Assembly: GCA_963695345.1 (NCBI GenBank)
Contig: OY968769.1
Location: forward strand, 2,112,001-2,176,000
DNA from: an uncultured Methanomassiliicoccales archaeon
Lineage (GTDB): Archaea > Thermoplasmatota > Thermoplasmata > Methanomassiliicoccales > UBA472
DNA: 64,000 nt
Direction of reading: 5' to 3'
Position 1 is the first letter of the stretch, and each line of letters begins with the position of its first letter. This document shows, in pieces, positions 20,629 to 31,039 of this stretch. The translations under genes were made by a program, and so were the position numbers. The notes beneath the pieces are model-generated. The model saw nothing but the letters and a program-made list of their open reading frames with translations. It was not told where the DNA came from and made no database searches.

Positions 20629-21705
20629 ATGACGATGGATCAGAAGGGCATCGAGGAGATGCACACCCAGAAGCTGCACCGGTGGTGGCTAACCATGGTG
20701 TTCCTGACACTGGCTCTATTCGCGGTCGCCATCGTGGCCATCGGGATCGGTTCGACGAGCATATCGCCGGACCGGATCATCGCCGCCATCTTCTCAAATG
20801 ACCTGGTACGGGTGATGACCGGGCAGCACGCTTCCAATCCCATCAACGCTGTCGTGCTCGAGGTTCGGATGCCGCGGATCCTCATCGGGGCGTTGGTCGG
20901 TGCCTCGCTGGCCGTCGCCGGAACCGCCATGCAGGGCATATTCCGCAATCCCATGGCCTCGCCGTACATCCTCGGGCTGTCCTCCGGCGCTGCGTTCGGC
21001 GCGTCGTTGGCAATCGTTCTGGGCTTCTCTGTGGTCAGCGGCGCTTTCGCCGTCCCGGCGATGGCGTTCATCTTCTGCTTCGTAACGCTGTTCATCGTCT
21101 ACGGCATATCCGCCACCAAGATGGGAGTCCCGGTGACCACGCTCCTCCTCGCCGGGATCGCGGTCGGCTCGCTCTTCACCGCCCTGGTCTCCCTGATGAA
21201 GTACTTTTCCGGCGACAACCTAAGCTCCATCGTCTATTGGATGATGGGTGGCCTATGGGAAAGCAACTGGTCCCAGGTCTGGGTGACGATGCCCCTGGTG
21301 GTTCTTGGTTCCGCTGCCTTGCTGTTCTATAGCAAGGAGCTCAACCTCATGATGGTCGGAGAGGAGCACGCCACCAACCTGGGGGTGAACGTCAGGCGCT
21401 CCCGTTTGATGATACTCATCCTGTCCTCCTTGGTCACCGCTGCGGCGGTCTCGGTCAGCGGGGTCATCGGATTCGTTGGTCTCATCGTACCTCACACCCT
21501 GCGCATCATCCTGGGTCCGGACAATCGCATACTCATGCCCGCATCCATCGTGGGCGGGGCGGCGTTCATGATCGGTATGGACTCGATCGCCCGGACCATC
21601 CTGTCGCCGGCAGAACTACCGGTCGGCATCATCACCGCGCTATTGGGAGCGCCGTTCTTCCTCTGGCTGCTGCGGGCGCGCAAGCGTGACATTTGGGGGT
21701 GGTAG
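20629..21705 (+). CDS. btuC: FecCD/BtuC ABC permease
   Basis: RMPRI, QGIFRNPMASPYILGLSSGA, GVIGFVGLIVPH, ELPVGIITALLGAPFF. Confidence 0.9.
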   Translation: MTMDQKGIEEMHTQKLHRWWLTMVFLTLALFAVAIVAIGIGSTSISPDRIIAAIFSNDLVRVMTGQHASNPINAVVLEVRMPRILIGALVGASLAVAGTAMQGIFRNPMASPYILGLSSGAAFGASLAIVLGFSVVSGAFAVPAMAFIFCFVTLFIVYGISATKMGVPVTTLLLAGIAVGSLFTALVSLMKYFSGDNLSSIVYWMMGGLWESNWSQVWVTMPLVVLGSAALLFYSKELNLMMVGEEHATNLGVNVRRSRLMILILSSLVTAAAVSVSGVIGFVGLIVPHTLRIILGPDNRILMPASIVGGAAFMIGMDSIARTILSPAELPVGIITALLGAPFFLWLLRARKRDIWGW

Positions 21706-21706
21706 G

Positions 21707-22512
21707 TTGGAACTGATGGTGGACGGGGTCACCTTCAACTATACCAGCGTTCCAGTGTTGGACGGGGTATCCTTCGATGCCAGGGGTGGAGAGGTCATCG
21801 GCATCATTGGCCACAACGGCTGCGGCAAGACCACGTTGCTCAAATGCATCAACCTGGCGCTCCACCCCGGGTCGGGCGTGGTCAGGATCGACGGCAAGGA
21901 CACCCTCAGGATGTCTCGGAAGGACATCGCAAAGGAGGTCGGAGTGGTCGCGCAGAACACGGTCATCACCTTCCCCTTCACCGTCCTGGACATGGTCCTG
22001 ATGGGCCGCTTCCCTTCCCTGGAACGGTTCGCCAACGAGTCCAAGGACGACCTGAGGATCGCCATGGAGGCCATGGACGCGACCAGCGTTACCTACCTTG
22101 CCTCGAGGCCCATCGACGAGATCAGCGGCGGAGAACGGCAGCGGGTCATAATCGCCCGGGCATTGGCTCAGCAACCTAGGGCATTGCTCCTCGACGAACC
22201 GACACTCCATCTGGACATCAATCATCAGTTCGAACTGATGGAGCTGATCAGATCCCTGGCGAAAGAAAAGGGACTTCTGGTCATCATCGTGTCCCACGAT
22301 CTGAACCTGGCCGCCCGCTACTGCGACAAGCTGATAGCGTTGGACGAAGGCAAGATCGCCGCCGCGGGGCGGTGGGCGAAGTGCTCACGCCGGAGAACCT
22401 GGCCAAGGTGTTCAATATCCGGGCCGACGTCCGTTTCGATCAACGGGTCAGTTCATACGAGATAACAATTTTGGGAACGATCCCAAGGGAAGAAGAACAC
22501 CGTCTGTCGTGA
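21707..22512 (+). CDS. btuD: BtuD/FecE ABC ATPase, apparent frameshift near 22370
   Basis: GHNGCGKTT, ISGGERQR, LLDEPT, SHDLNLA; C-terminus EVLTPENLAKVF in another frame, stop at 22512. Confidence 0.88.
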
Positions 22513-22958
22513 GACGTTGGTAATTGGTCAGCCTAACATTGGAATTAAGGACCAGAGCTTAAAATCATCAATAGACGAATGAATGGTCATATTGAGGGAA
22601 GCAGGACAACCCGGATTTTGGAAAATGAAAAAAATTCCCTAACTCAACAATTAGCTTTTTAAAAAATTCTGTATCCGACCATGGCGAAAAGACCAGGCCA
22701 CATCACGGTCTAGAATCGTTTTCAGACGCGGATGGGAAGCGATCGATCTAGCGGTCCACGACCTGGGGCCAATCGACCTCGTTTCCACTTTAATGCGAAG
22801 GGAGAATCTAGCTCAAATATCCTTATTTGAGATGATTAGAAATTGGGTTGAAAAATGGAAAAACTGTGTCGAAGAACCCCATATTGGCAAGGCATCCTTC
22901 AACACATAAGGGATAGTTGAATCCGGGCTCGATCCTAACGGTTGATCCTCAGATCCGA

Positions 22959-23402
22959 TCAGTAGCTGCTACCCTGCATCTTCATGAGAAGCTCGAGTTC
23001 AGTTATGTGCTCCTGCTCTTCCATGAGGATGTGCCTGATATCATGCTCCAACAGAAAGTCGTAGTACTGGATCTTCTCCGTCCTTAGCTTTTCAATGATC
23101 ATCCGGTATGTATCCACGGCTTCTTTCTCGGCCTTCAGGTTCAGTTCCAGAATCTCCTTTAGGGTGGTGGCCGGGTACGTTGGGGCCATGCCCATGCTCG
23201 GCACCCCGCCGAGCGCACCGATCAAGGTTCTGAACTTCTCTTGATGCGCCTTCTCATCTTCTGCAATCTCTTTCAGCCTGGCGATAATTGGCTCCGCGTT
23301 CTCCCCCTCCACGACCTCGGCGTGACTGAGGTATTGAATGTGTGCGGCATGTTCTAGGTCCAGCGCATGATTCAGCATATCTAATATCTCTTGCTTGCTC
23401 AT
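22959..23402 (-). CDS. Ferritin-like (bacterioferritin/Dps-like) di-iron protein
   Basis: LEHAAHIQY, EDEKAH, AEKEA, EEQEH di-iron ligand pattern. Confidence 0.88.
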   Translation of the reverse strand: MSKQEILDMLNHALDLEHAAHIQYLSHAEVVEGENAEPIIARLKEIAEDEKAHQEKFRTLIGALGGVPSMGMAPTYPATTLKEILELNLKAEKEAVDTYRMIIEKLRTEKIQYYDFLLEHDIRHILMEEQEHITELELLMKMQGSSY

Positions 23403-23657
23403 ACAGATCCCTTAGGTCATGAAATACAGTCACCGGCAACCGGTCTGACCGCTGTTTCGTAAATGCTTTGGAGCTCCAGATATTTATAAGCACAGATTGG
23501 GGTCTGAATTGTCACGTACTTACTCTAATAGTTTGATCGGCGATGGTGTCTGGCCAATGATATAACGATGGATATTCCCTAATATGGAACATCTCTTCAT
23601 TTGTTATTCTGTAATAGGGAATACAATTCTACCGATATTGCCAAAATCGTTAGAGGG

Positions 23658-24953
23658 TCACTCAATTCTGAACGGCTCACCTTTGGGCTCGCCCCTTGAT
23701 GCAGTTGGTTTGTTAGTTCGTCCCGGTTTTCCTTTACCACAGAACTCAACGTCGATCTTCAATCCCACCCGCTGTTCTACCTTCGCAAGATTGGATCCAA
23801 GTAAGGAGATCAGCGCGGAATCGGTAAACATGATGTAGTCTTTGCCGAGGCCGACATGGAGGAAAGCATTCTCCAACGCGTGAAATGGATGATGAACATC
23901 GATCTTGCCCTCGCGGACCATTCGTCGTGCTTTCGCTCCATAGGCTCCGGAGGATAGGTGAAGGTCCTGGACCCGGTCCGAAATGGCAAGGACCTGTTCT
24001 TGAAAGTCGGTGGCCCCGACATCGAGAATGAACATCGTTCCTCCCGAAGGGCTGGTAGTGGTCGAGATTATTCGGCCCGGGCCTACTGGGCGGGCTGTGA
24101 CCTCATCGGGTTCTTGATGATTGGGGAAACATTTCTGGCATACTTCGACCATATTTCGGGGAAGAGGCATCTCGGGACGCCTGGTGCGGAAATGCATCTG
24201 CTGGTTCAGCCTGACGGGGAAGGGAGGAACGATCCGCAATTTGTCCACGAGCTCATGTTCGGCAAATAGTTCCTCGGGCGACCCGGAGAACAACAGTTCC
24301 CCTTTGAACATGACCACCATCACATCCGCCCATTCGTAGGCGGTCTCGATGTCGTGGGTGGACAGGATCAGCGTCATTCCGCTGTGATTGAGCTCGTCCG
24401 ACAATTCCATAAGCTCATGCACCATTTCCGAATCCAGACCCGCGGTCGGCTCGTCCATGATCAGCACTTTGGGTTTCATTGCCAGAGCGCCGGCGAGTGA
24501 AACACGCTTTTTCTGACCGAAGGAGAGCTGTTGTGTCGGACGTCTCCTCAGATCCTCCAAGCCGACCAGGTGCAGCGCCTCATCGATCCGTCGCTCGACC
24601 TCCTCTTTACCCAGCATAAGGTTCATCGGGCCGAAGGCAACGTCCTCCTCGACGGTGGTGGAGAATATCTGGTCATCGGGATTCTGGAGCACCATAGCCA
24701 CCCGCGCGCGCAGATTGGCCAGGGACTTATGGTCGTAACCCAGGGGTTCGCCGTTGAAAAAGACCTTTCCGCTCTTCGGCCTCAGGATCCCGTTGAAATG
24801 GAGGAATAGCGTGGACTTGCCCGCGCCGTTCGGACCCAGAAAGACTATCTTCTTGCCTTTATCGATGTCGAAGGACACGTTCTTGAGGGCGAGGACCCCG
24901 TTCGGGTATGAGAAATTGAGCTTGTCTGTTTTCAATATCGATTGGTCTGTCAT
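23658..24953 (-). CDS. cbiO: Cobalt ECF transporter ATPase with ~150-aa C-terminal extension
   Basis: GPNGAGKST, QNPDDQIF, LSFGQKKRV, DEPTAGLD. Confidence 0.92.
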   Translation of the reverse strand: MTDQSILKTDKLNFSYPNGVLALKNVSFDIDKGKKIVFLGPNGAGKSTLFLHFNGILRPKSGKVFFNGEPLGYDHKSLANLRARVAMVLQNPDDQIFSTTVEEDVAFGPMNLMLGKEEVERRIDEALHLVGLEDLRRRPTQQLSFGQKKRVSLAGALAMKPKVLIMDEPTAGLDSEMVHELMELSDELNHSGMTLILSTHDIETAYEWADVMVVMFKGELLFSGSPEELFAEHELVDKLRIVPPFPVRLNQQMHFRTRRPEMPLPRNMVEVCQKCFPNHQEPDEVTARPVGPGRIISTTTSPSGGTMFILDVGATDFQEQVLAISDRVQDLHLSSGAYGAKARRMVREGKIDVHHPFHALENAFLHVGLGKDYIMFTDSALISLLGSNLAKVEQRVGLKIDVEFCGKGKPGRTNKPTASRGEPKGEPFRIE

Positions 24954-24957
24954 TGCC

Positions 24958-25755
24958 TCACATCCGGAAAAGCGATACTAGAGGGGCGGGATTCACCAGC
25001 ATTAGATTGATGACGTACAATAGCACGAAGGTCAGGAGGCTGGCGAAGACCCATCTCGCGGTCAACTTCGCCGGGGCGCGGTAGCTGTGGAACTCGCCCC
25101 TGAAGCTCCGGCAGCTGAGAGCTATTTGGGACCTTTCCGCAACTTCCAGAGAACGGGTGAATACTCCGACCATGATCTTGACGGTGGTGCGTAGTCTGTT
25201 CTTGAAACCGCTTAGGCCCAGGCGACACTCGGCCGCATTGTACATCGAATCCATCTGCTCCAGGAGCAGGAACGAATACCGATAGACCAGGACAATAAGC
25301 TCGACGATCTCCTTGGGGATCCTCAGCTGTCTGAGGGCGTTGGCCAAATACGGAATCGGTGTGGAGGTGGCGAAGAACATCATTACAGTCGCCCCGGCCA
25401 CAGCCCTTAGGAAGATCAGCAGTCCGAGATCCACTCCTTGCTTGGAGAAGTTAAGTTCAAGATCGCCCAGACCGATCGAGATGAGATGGTCTCCGGAGGT
25501 CACCAGGGAGATCACGATGGCCCCGATGAGGAATATCCCCAGGCCTTCCAGCAGGGCGATGGTGATGACCCGGGGAAGACGGAATCTGGTGGAGTAGAAC
25601 ATCAGGCAGAAGCCTACGATGAACACCAGAAACGGGATCACGATGGAGGAGGCCATCAGGGACGAGATCAGCAGGGTGAGCGCAATCACGAACTTACCCA
25701 GCGGTGACCAGTCCCGGAATGGGGAGGCATAGGCGACCTCATCCATCGCGAACAA
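24958..25755 (-). CDS. cbiQ: Cobalt ECF transporter T component
   Basis: STPIPYL..LR.LRIPKEIVELIVLVYRY, AAECRLG, ALSCR. Confidence 0.92.
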   Translation of the reverse strand: MFAMDEVAYASPFRDWSPLGKFVIALTLLISSLMASSIVIPFLVFIVGFCLMFYSTRFRLPRVITIALLEGLGIFLIGAIVISLVTSGDHLISIGLGDLELNFSKQGVDLGLLIFLRAVAGATVMMFFATSTPIPYLANALRQLRIPKEIVELIVLVYRYSFLLLEQMDSMYNAAECRLGLSGFKNRLRTTVKIMVGVFTRSLEVAERSQIALSCRSFRGEFHSYRAPAKLTARWVFASLLTFVLLYVINLMLVNPAPLVSLFRM

Positions 25756-25770
25756 TGGTCTCCTCCTCCT

Positions 25771-26709
25771 TCACCTTGTCCGATCGACCCGTTTGAAACG
25801 TCTCCAGACGTAATAGATGATGGCCAATCCTATCAGGCCTTGCACAGCGAAGAGGATAATCTCCTCAAGGAGGCTCAGGTCCAGAAAGCTCTGGAACCAG
25901 GGTATGTAGCTGGGGTCTATCTGGATTATTGTTTCTGAACCAGCGTCGTCCGATCCCTGCAGGCCTACGTAACGGACCAATACCATGGCGATCACAACCG
26001 AGGCCGCCATGAGGGCCGTGAGGGTATACCTCATCCTCTTGGTCATCCGCCTCCCTCCCGCCCTGACCTTCTCGGCGAGAAGGTCCGGTCTGGAGCTGGC
26101 CAGGAAGTCGAAGAACATGACAGTGAGGATACCCTCGACGATGGCCAAAGGCACCTGGGTGACCGCATACACGGTCATGAAGGTCTCCCACGAGGCCAGG
26201 AAACTTCCGTGACTGGGAAAGGCGAGGGCGAGCTGTGTGGCGGTGACGACGTAGGTGATCAGGTCTGCGAGGAACGCCGCCACGAAAACCGAGACCGACA
26301 TCCGAGCGCCGATCTTCTGCAGTCCCTTATACGCCAGATAAGCGACCAGCGGTCCCGCTATGCCCATGGAAAAGACATTGGCGCCGAGAGTGGTGATGCC
26401 CCCATGGGCCAGGAGCAAAGCCTGGAACATGAGCACTATGACCGTCAGTACGGAAGTGATGCCCACCCCATAGAGCACGGTGCCGATGGCCGTCCCAGTC
26501 GGATGCGAGGAGGAACCGGATACCGAAGGTAGTTTCAGGGAGGATATCACCAGGATGAACGCCCCAGATATGGCCACCATGAGCTTCTGTTCCGGGTTCT
26601 CCCTGAACATCCTAATGACCTTTCTCATCCCCCACACTAGGACTGGTATCGACAGTAGATACCAGAAAAGACACCATTCCCAAGGCAAGAACCCTTCCAT
26701 TATGTGCAT
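25771..26709 (-). CDS. cbiM: Cobalt ECF S component CbiM fused to CbiN-like domain
   Basis: MHIMEGFLP, LKLPSVSGSSSHPTG, AHGGITTLGAN; C-terminal GSDD..YIPWF..LFAVQ. Confidence 0.93.
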   Translation of the reverse strand: MHIMEGFLPWEWCLFWYLLSIPVLVWGMRKVIRMFRENPEQKLMVAISGAFILVISSLKLPSVSGSSSHPTGTAIGTVLYGVGITSVLTVIVLMFQALLLAHGGITTLGANVFSMGIAGPLVAYLAYKGLQKIGARMSVSVFVAAFLADLITYVVTATQLALAFPSHGSFLASWETFMTVYAVTQVPLAIVEGILTVMFFDFLASSRPDLLAEKVRAGGRRMTKRMRYTLTALMAASVVIAMVLVRYVGLQGSDDAGSETIIQIDPSYIPWFQSFLDLSLLEEIILFAVQGLIGLAIIYYVWRRFKRVDRTR

Positions 26710-26714
26710 GGTAG

Positions 26715-27149
26715 CTAGCTCCCGTTCGCGCCCTCATTCATAGTTACCGATATGTGCCTGGACTTCTCCCTTATTCGGTCAGCGAGAATATCAGCAAGCC
26801 GGGGGTCTTCTCCGATCGGCGCGCAACAGACCACCTCGACTTCTTTTCCGTCCACCGTTATTGTTCCCTTCCCGCATCCCTTGTCCAATCCCAGGGCACG
26901 AGGTATGTCCTCTGTGATGTGGATGCCGGACGCCAGGAAGCAAGGTTCCACATAGATCACATCCACCCCCTTGGAGACCAAGGCCTGGAGCCCTTCCATG
27001 ATGTCCGGTCTATTGATCTGCATGAAACCGGCCACCACCGGACCGAACTCCATCCTTTCATCGAGGATCCTGGCCATTTCTACCACCAGGTCCCGGTTGT
27101 GCTCTAGTTTGCTCCCATGTCCGACCACAAGTACCCCGCTTCTCACCAT
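26715..27149 (-). CDS. cbiX: Sirohydrochlorin cobalto/nickel chelatase (CbiXS/CfbA family)
   Basis: VGHGSK, PCFLASGIHITEDIP, PIGEDPRLADIL..RI. Confidence 0.88.
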   Translation of the reverse strand: MVRSGVLVVGHGSKLEHNRDLVVEMARILDERMEFGPVVAGFMQINRPDIMEGLQALVSKGVDVIYVEPCFLASGIHITEDIPRALGLDKGCGKGTITVDGKEVEVVCCAPIGEDPRLADILADRIREKSRHISVTMNEGANGS

Positions 27150-27208
27150 TCTCCCCCCTATTCACCGAAATGATCGTTGCCACGACGCTTGCCCTATCCT
27201 CATGCGAT

Positions 27209-27799
27209 TCATCTTTCCTCTAAGGTCACTATCAATGAGAACAGCTCCGACGCGATCGTTGGTGGCCTGAGATTGTTCCCAAATCCGATGGACTCGTTCT
27301 CGTATCCGAGGTTCTCGCACACGATTATCTTGCATGCCAGTCCTCGATTGCTAAGTTGCGACGCGAACTTCGTCATGTCGAAGGTCGGATCAGCCAGAAG
27401 GAAGACGACCCGGCCCCTTCCGACCTCCTCCACAACTTCCTTGGTGGCATCCTCCTTCGCTTTGCCATGTACGGAAACAACCACTCCCCTCTCCAAGGGT
27501 AGCTTGAGCCTGGCGAAGGCCAGCTGCATGGAGGATACCCCAGGGATTACCTCGTCGCCGTAGTGACCAAGGCCGGCCAGCATCGGGTCGCCCGTTGACA
27601 GGACGACGGAGTCCTTAGACAGCTGGTCAAGGTTACCGTAGTCCTTGATCACCTCTACCTTGCATTCCTGACCGATGTACGGTTTGGCCAGAACGATAGA
27701 CCTTTCCGATCCGTAGATATGGCTGGCCGTCTCGATCGCCCTGATCGCCTCATGGGTCAGCATACCTGGACCGCAACCGACGCCGACCACGATCATCAT
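27209..27799 (-). CDS. cbiE: Cobalt-precorrin-7 C5-methyltransferase
   Basis: VGVGCGPGMLT, LSTGDPMLAGLG, PGVSSMQLA, CENLGY. Confidence 0.9.
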   Translation of the reverse strand: MMIVVGVGCGPGMLTHEAIRAIETASHIYGSERSIVLAKPYIGQECKVEVIKDYGNLDQLSKDSVVLSTGDPMLAGLGHYGDEVIPGVSSMQLAFARLKLPLERGVVVSVHGKAKEDATKEVVEEVGRGRVVFLLADPTFDMTKFASQLSNRGLACKIIVCENLGYENESIGFGNNLRPPTIASELFSLIVTLEER

Positions 27800-28803
27800 C
27801 CGCTGTCCCCCAGGACTTTGCCTGTCCGGTCCACTAGGACCACGCGCAGGTCATGACGGATCGATTTTGAACGGGACAATGCATCCATCATCCGCTCGTT
27901 CCAGCGTTCATCCATCAGCATTTCGTCTATGGTCAGGCAACCCGTGCCTTCCAATATCCGCGGGTCGAGATACTTGAGGATCAGTCCAGGCATTCCGCAA
28001 AGGACCACATCGCCCCTGGCCTCCTTGATCGCTTGGCCCATGTTGACCCCGACCAGTACGGATTCCCTGTCCGGGAACAGAAGACGCGAATGCCGGAGGC
28101 CGACTCTCCCGGTCGTCAAAACCACCCGGTCGCCGCTCCTGATCCGCTCCATAACCGAAGCCCCGGCATGGTCGTCCCAAGGTTCTACAAGACCCGTGGA
28201 ACCTAGTATCGAGATGCCTCCGAAAATGCCCACCCTTTCGTTTAAGGTCCTCTTGGCCACCTCGGCGCCGCTACTGATCGTCAGGTCCAGCTCCACGCCT
28301 TCCAGTCCGATCTGGGCCATGGCCTCCCTCGCCGCCTGGTCGATGCTCAGGGAAGCATTCTTGCTGACCGCGGGGTCGCCTTCAGCCATGTCATTGAAAG
28401 GTCTTGTCAGGCGCCCCACCCCGGCGCCGTAGCTGATGTTGACGCCCGAGCCTCTAGCGGCAGCCACGCATACAAACTCGATCTCAGCGGTCACGTCCGT
28501 CGCATAGTCACCGGCGAACTTCCGACAGGTGCCCACACCCCGCACTCCTACGCTGGACACGTCCACCCGGAGACCGCATGAAAGATTGATCTCTACCACA
28601 CGGACCTCGTGCTTGAGCGAGAGAATGGCAGACTTGCATGCGGCCGAAGCGGTCGTTCCGGTGGTGAAACCCCGCCGCAACACTTTCCCGGACGAGGTAA
28701 GAACGGCCAATCCATCCGCTACCATCCTCAGCCCTTCGGAGTCGTCACATTTACCGACCCATGCCTCGGGATACTCGTACCCTGTGACTGGATCACTTGT
28801 CAT
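27796..28803 (-). CDS. cbiD: Cobalt-precorrin-5B C1-methyltransferase
   Basis: LRRGFTTGTTASAA, KFAGDY.DVT, RTLN.RVGIFGGISILGSTG.VEP. Confidence 0.95.
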   Translation of the reverse strand: MTSDPVTGYEYPEAWVGKCDDSEGLRMVADGLAVLTSSGKVLRRGFTTGTTASAACKSAILSLKHEVRVVEINLSCGLRVDVSSVGVRGVGTCRKFAGDYATDVTAEIEFVCVAAARGSGVNISYGAGVGRLTRPFNDMAEGDPAVSKNASLSIDQAAREAMAQIGLEGVELDLTISSGAEVAKRTLNERVGIFGGISILGSTGLVEPWDDHAGASVMERIRSGDRVVLTTGRVGLRHSRLLFPDRESVLVGVNMGQAIKEARGDVVLCGMPGLILKYLDPRILEGTGCLTIDEMLMDERWNERMMDALSRSKSIRHDLRVVLVDRTGKVLGDSG

Positions 28804-29461
28804 GCTCTCTCTCGTTGAAGATGGTGATGATCTCGTTCAAGGCCGCCACCGCGACCGGAGTGCCTCCCCTGGTCCCTTCCACCGATATCGAGGGCACGGG
28901 CATCGTCCGTAGCAGTGCTTTTGATTCGGCCGCGTTGACAAACCCCACCGCCGAACCGATGACGAGGGCCGGTTTCACTCCCTGCTTGATCATATCGCAG
29001 AGAACGAGCAGGGATGACGGTGCATTGCCGATGACTATTATCGCCCCTTCTATCTCGTCCTTCAACGCGATTATTCCGGCAGATGTCCTGGTGATGCCCC
29101 TTTCCTTGGATATTTCCTGGCCGTGGTCGAGAAAGCACTTCACCGGCGAGAGGTGCCCTTTCTTCTGGATTCCCACCTGGACCATCTTTATGTCGACCAG
29201 GATGGGCGCCTTATTCTCCAGAGCCCTGAGCCCGGCCTCGATCGGCCGGTTTTCGAATCGTATCAGTTTGGCCATCTCGAAGTCGCCCACGGCGATGGAG
29301 CATCGCTGCCTTACTCGGTCCTCATCGTTGTCCGACCCTATGGCCGAACGGGCAAGGGCCCGGCTGCGCGAGGATATCGAATAACCCTCTTCCGTGTCCG
29401 CCCCCAGGTCAATATACGTATTTTCTGTCGTAGCCTCTCGGTGTGATGATCCCTCTGACAT
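28793..29461 (-). CDS. cbiC: Cobalt-precorrin-8 methylmutase
   Basis: ITRTSAG, IGNAPSSL, VGFVNAAESK, RGGTPVAVAALN. Confidence 0.93.
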   Translation of the reverse strand: MSEGSSHREATTENTYIDLGADTEEGYSISSRSRALARSAIGSDNDEDRVRQRCSIAVGDFEMAKLIRFENRPIEAGLRALENKAPILVDIKMVQVGIQKKGHLSPVKCFLDHGQEISKERGITRTSAGIIALKDEIEGAIIVIGNAPSSLLVLCDMIKQGVKPALVIGSAVGFVNAAESKALLRTMPVPSISVEGTRGGTPVAVAALNEIITIFNEREHDK

Positions 29462-30194
29462 TTTCCCCCTCCCTCCATACCCTACTTTCAGAATTCCCTA
29501 TGATGACCGTTGAGTGCATGTCGACAAAGGAATCGTCCTCTGACAACGCCCCCAGGTCGGTGACCTTCGTTATCTCCCCTTCCCGGTAGGCGTTCTTCAC
29601 GATACCGACCGGCGTGCTCTTCGGCAGTGTGGCAAGCGCTTTCTCGATGGTTTCCTTGAAATGCGCCTTACGGGTCTTGCTCTTCGGGTTGTAGAGCACC
29701 AACGGCACATTCATCTCCAGGGCCAGTCCGATCCGTTTCTCGATCAGGGGCCAGGGCGTGAGCAGATCGCTCAGGCTTATGACCATGAAATCGCTCGAAA
29801 GGGGCGAACCCAGCCTGGATGCGGCGGCCGTTGCTGCGGTCACCCCGGCGATCACTTCGTACGGGACCTCCGTACCGCTCTTCTCCATGACCTCCAGAAC
29901 GATGCTTGCCATACCGTAGACGCCCGCGTCCCCGCCGCTAACCATCGACACGGTATGCTCCCTCGCCAGGTCCACTGCCTTCTTCGCCCGGTCGACCTCC
30001 TTGCCCATGGAGCTCATGATGACCTTTTTGCCTTCCAGAGTGCCTTCCAGAAGATCGACGTACATGCGGTTTCCGATGACATACTCCGAATCCTTGATTG
30101 CCGCTTTTGCACGTTCGGTAAGCATGTCGACGCTTCCCGGTCCGGTCCCAACGATGTACAGCTTCCCCTCACTTTGCGATCGCGATTGTGACAT
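29409..30194 (-). CDS. cbiH: Cobalt-precorrin-3B C17-methyltransferase
   Basis: MGKEVDRA, SGGDAGVYGMA, ISLSDLLTPW, LYNPKS, ITPRGY. Confidence 0.95.
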   Translation of the reverse strand: MSQSRSQSEGKLYIVGTGPGSVDMLTERAKAAIKDSEYVIGNRMYVDLLEGTLEGKKVIMSSMGKEVDRAKKAVDLAREHTVSMVSGGDAGVYGMASIVLEVMEKSGTEVPYEVIAGVTAATAAASRLGSPLSSDFMVISLSDLLTPWPLIEKRIGLALEMNVPLVLYNPKSKTRKAHFKETIEKALATLPKSTPVGIVKNAYREGEITKVTDLGALSEDDSFVDMHSTVIIGNSESRVWREGENVRGIITPRGYDRKYVY

Positions 30195-31039
30195 TGCCCT
30201 CTGCCCTCCTCTCCATTACCATTTCATGATGTTTCGCCAGCGCGAGGGCTGACGGTTCGGCCACGCCCACCAGTCCGATAATACCGGCCTTCGAGGGCGT
30301 TACCCCTTTGTTAGAATTGATGGTCACGTCATCCAGGAACACCAGGTTCCCTTCCAGTGCCTGCACAGCCTCGAGGAGGCCGCTCTCGTCCCTCTTCTTG
30401 ATCGTGGTGGCGTATGCCAGGACCTCATCCTTCGAAATGCCATTCTCCGCCAGAGTGCGGTTGATCAGATCCAGGATCTCGTCCTTCGGCGTTCCCCGGT
30501 TGCAGCCGAGACCGATGATATAGCTCCCTTTCCTGAACAGAACCGAGACCTTCGGTCCGGCGATCACGACCGCAGGCCCGGCGACGGTGTGGACAGGAAC
30601 ATCGCCCTCCAGGAATCCCTTGTTTACCGCGATCGTGGACGTCCTGTTTATCACGTCCAGCCCATTCTGTTCCATTATCGTCTCGACGGACGGTCTGCAG
30701 TTCGCTTCGGTCGCTGTTGTGATCACCGGTTCCGCACCAATGCCCAACCAATCTCTTGGCCAGTTCGTTCGCGCCATGATGTCCTCCGATCAAAGGTATG
30801 GCGTATCGGCAACCGGAGGGAACCACGACCACCGGCGGGTCGGTCCACTTGTCCTGAATCAAGTGAGCGATCTTGCGTACCACTATGCCCGTCGCCATGA
30901 CCGCGACTATGCCCTTGCCGTCCAGGAACGCCTCTTCGAACGTTCCGTCGCGATAGTCCACAAGCTCCGCTCCGAGGAACCTTGCGATCTTGGCCGCATC
31001 CTGGTCGCCGGCAAAGCCGATCACGCGAATATCGCTCAT
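30169..31039 (-). CDS. cbiG: Cobalt-precorrin-5A hydrolase, apparent frameshift near 30755
   Basis: MATGIVVRKIA..DKWTDPPVVV..IGGHHGANELA then PVITTATE..IGLGCNRG..GVAEPSAL. Confidence 0.9.

Noticed and set aside
22513-22958. AT-rich 450-bp gap as ncRNA or MITE
   Set aside because: No convincing stems, terminal repeats or ORF found by eye.
29409-29461. cbiH/cbiC overlap, and hemA/hemB overlap at 34990-35060, as recoding sites
   Set aside because: Each downstream gene has its own start with a purine-rich SD-like sequence; simple overlaps explain them.
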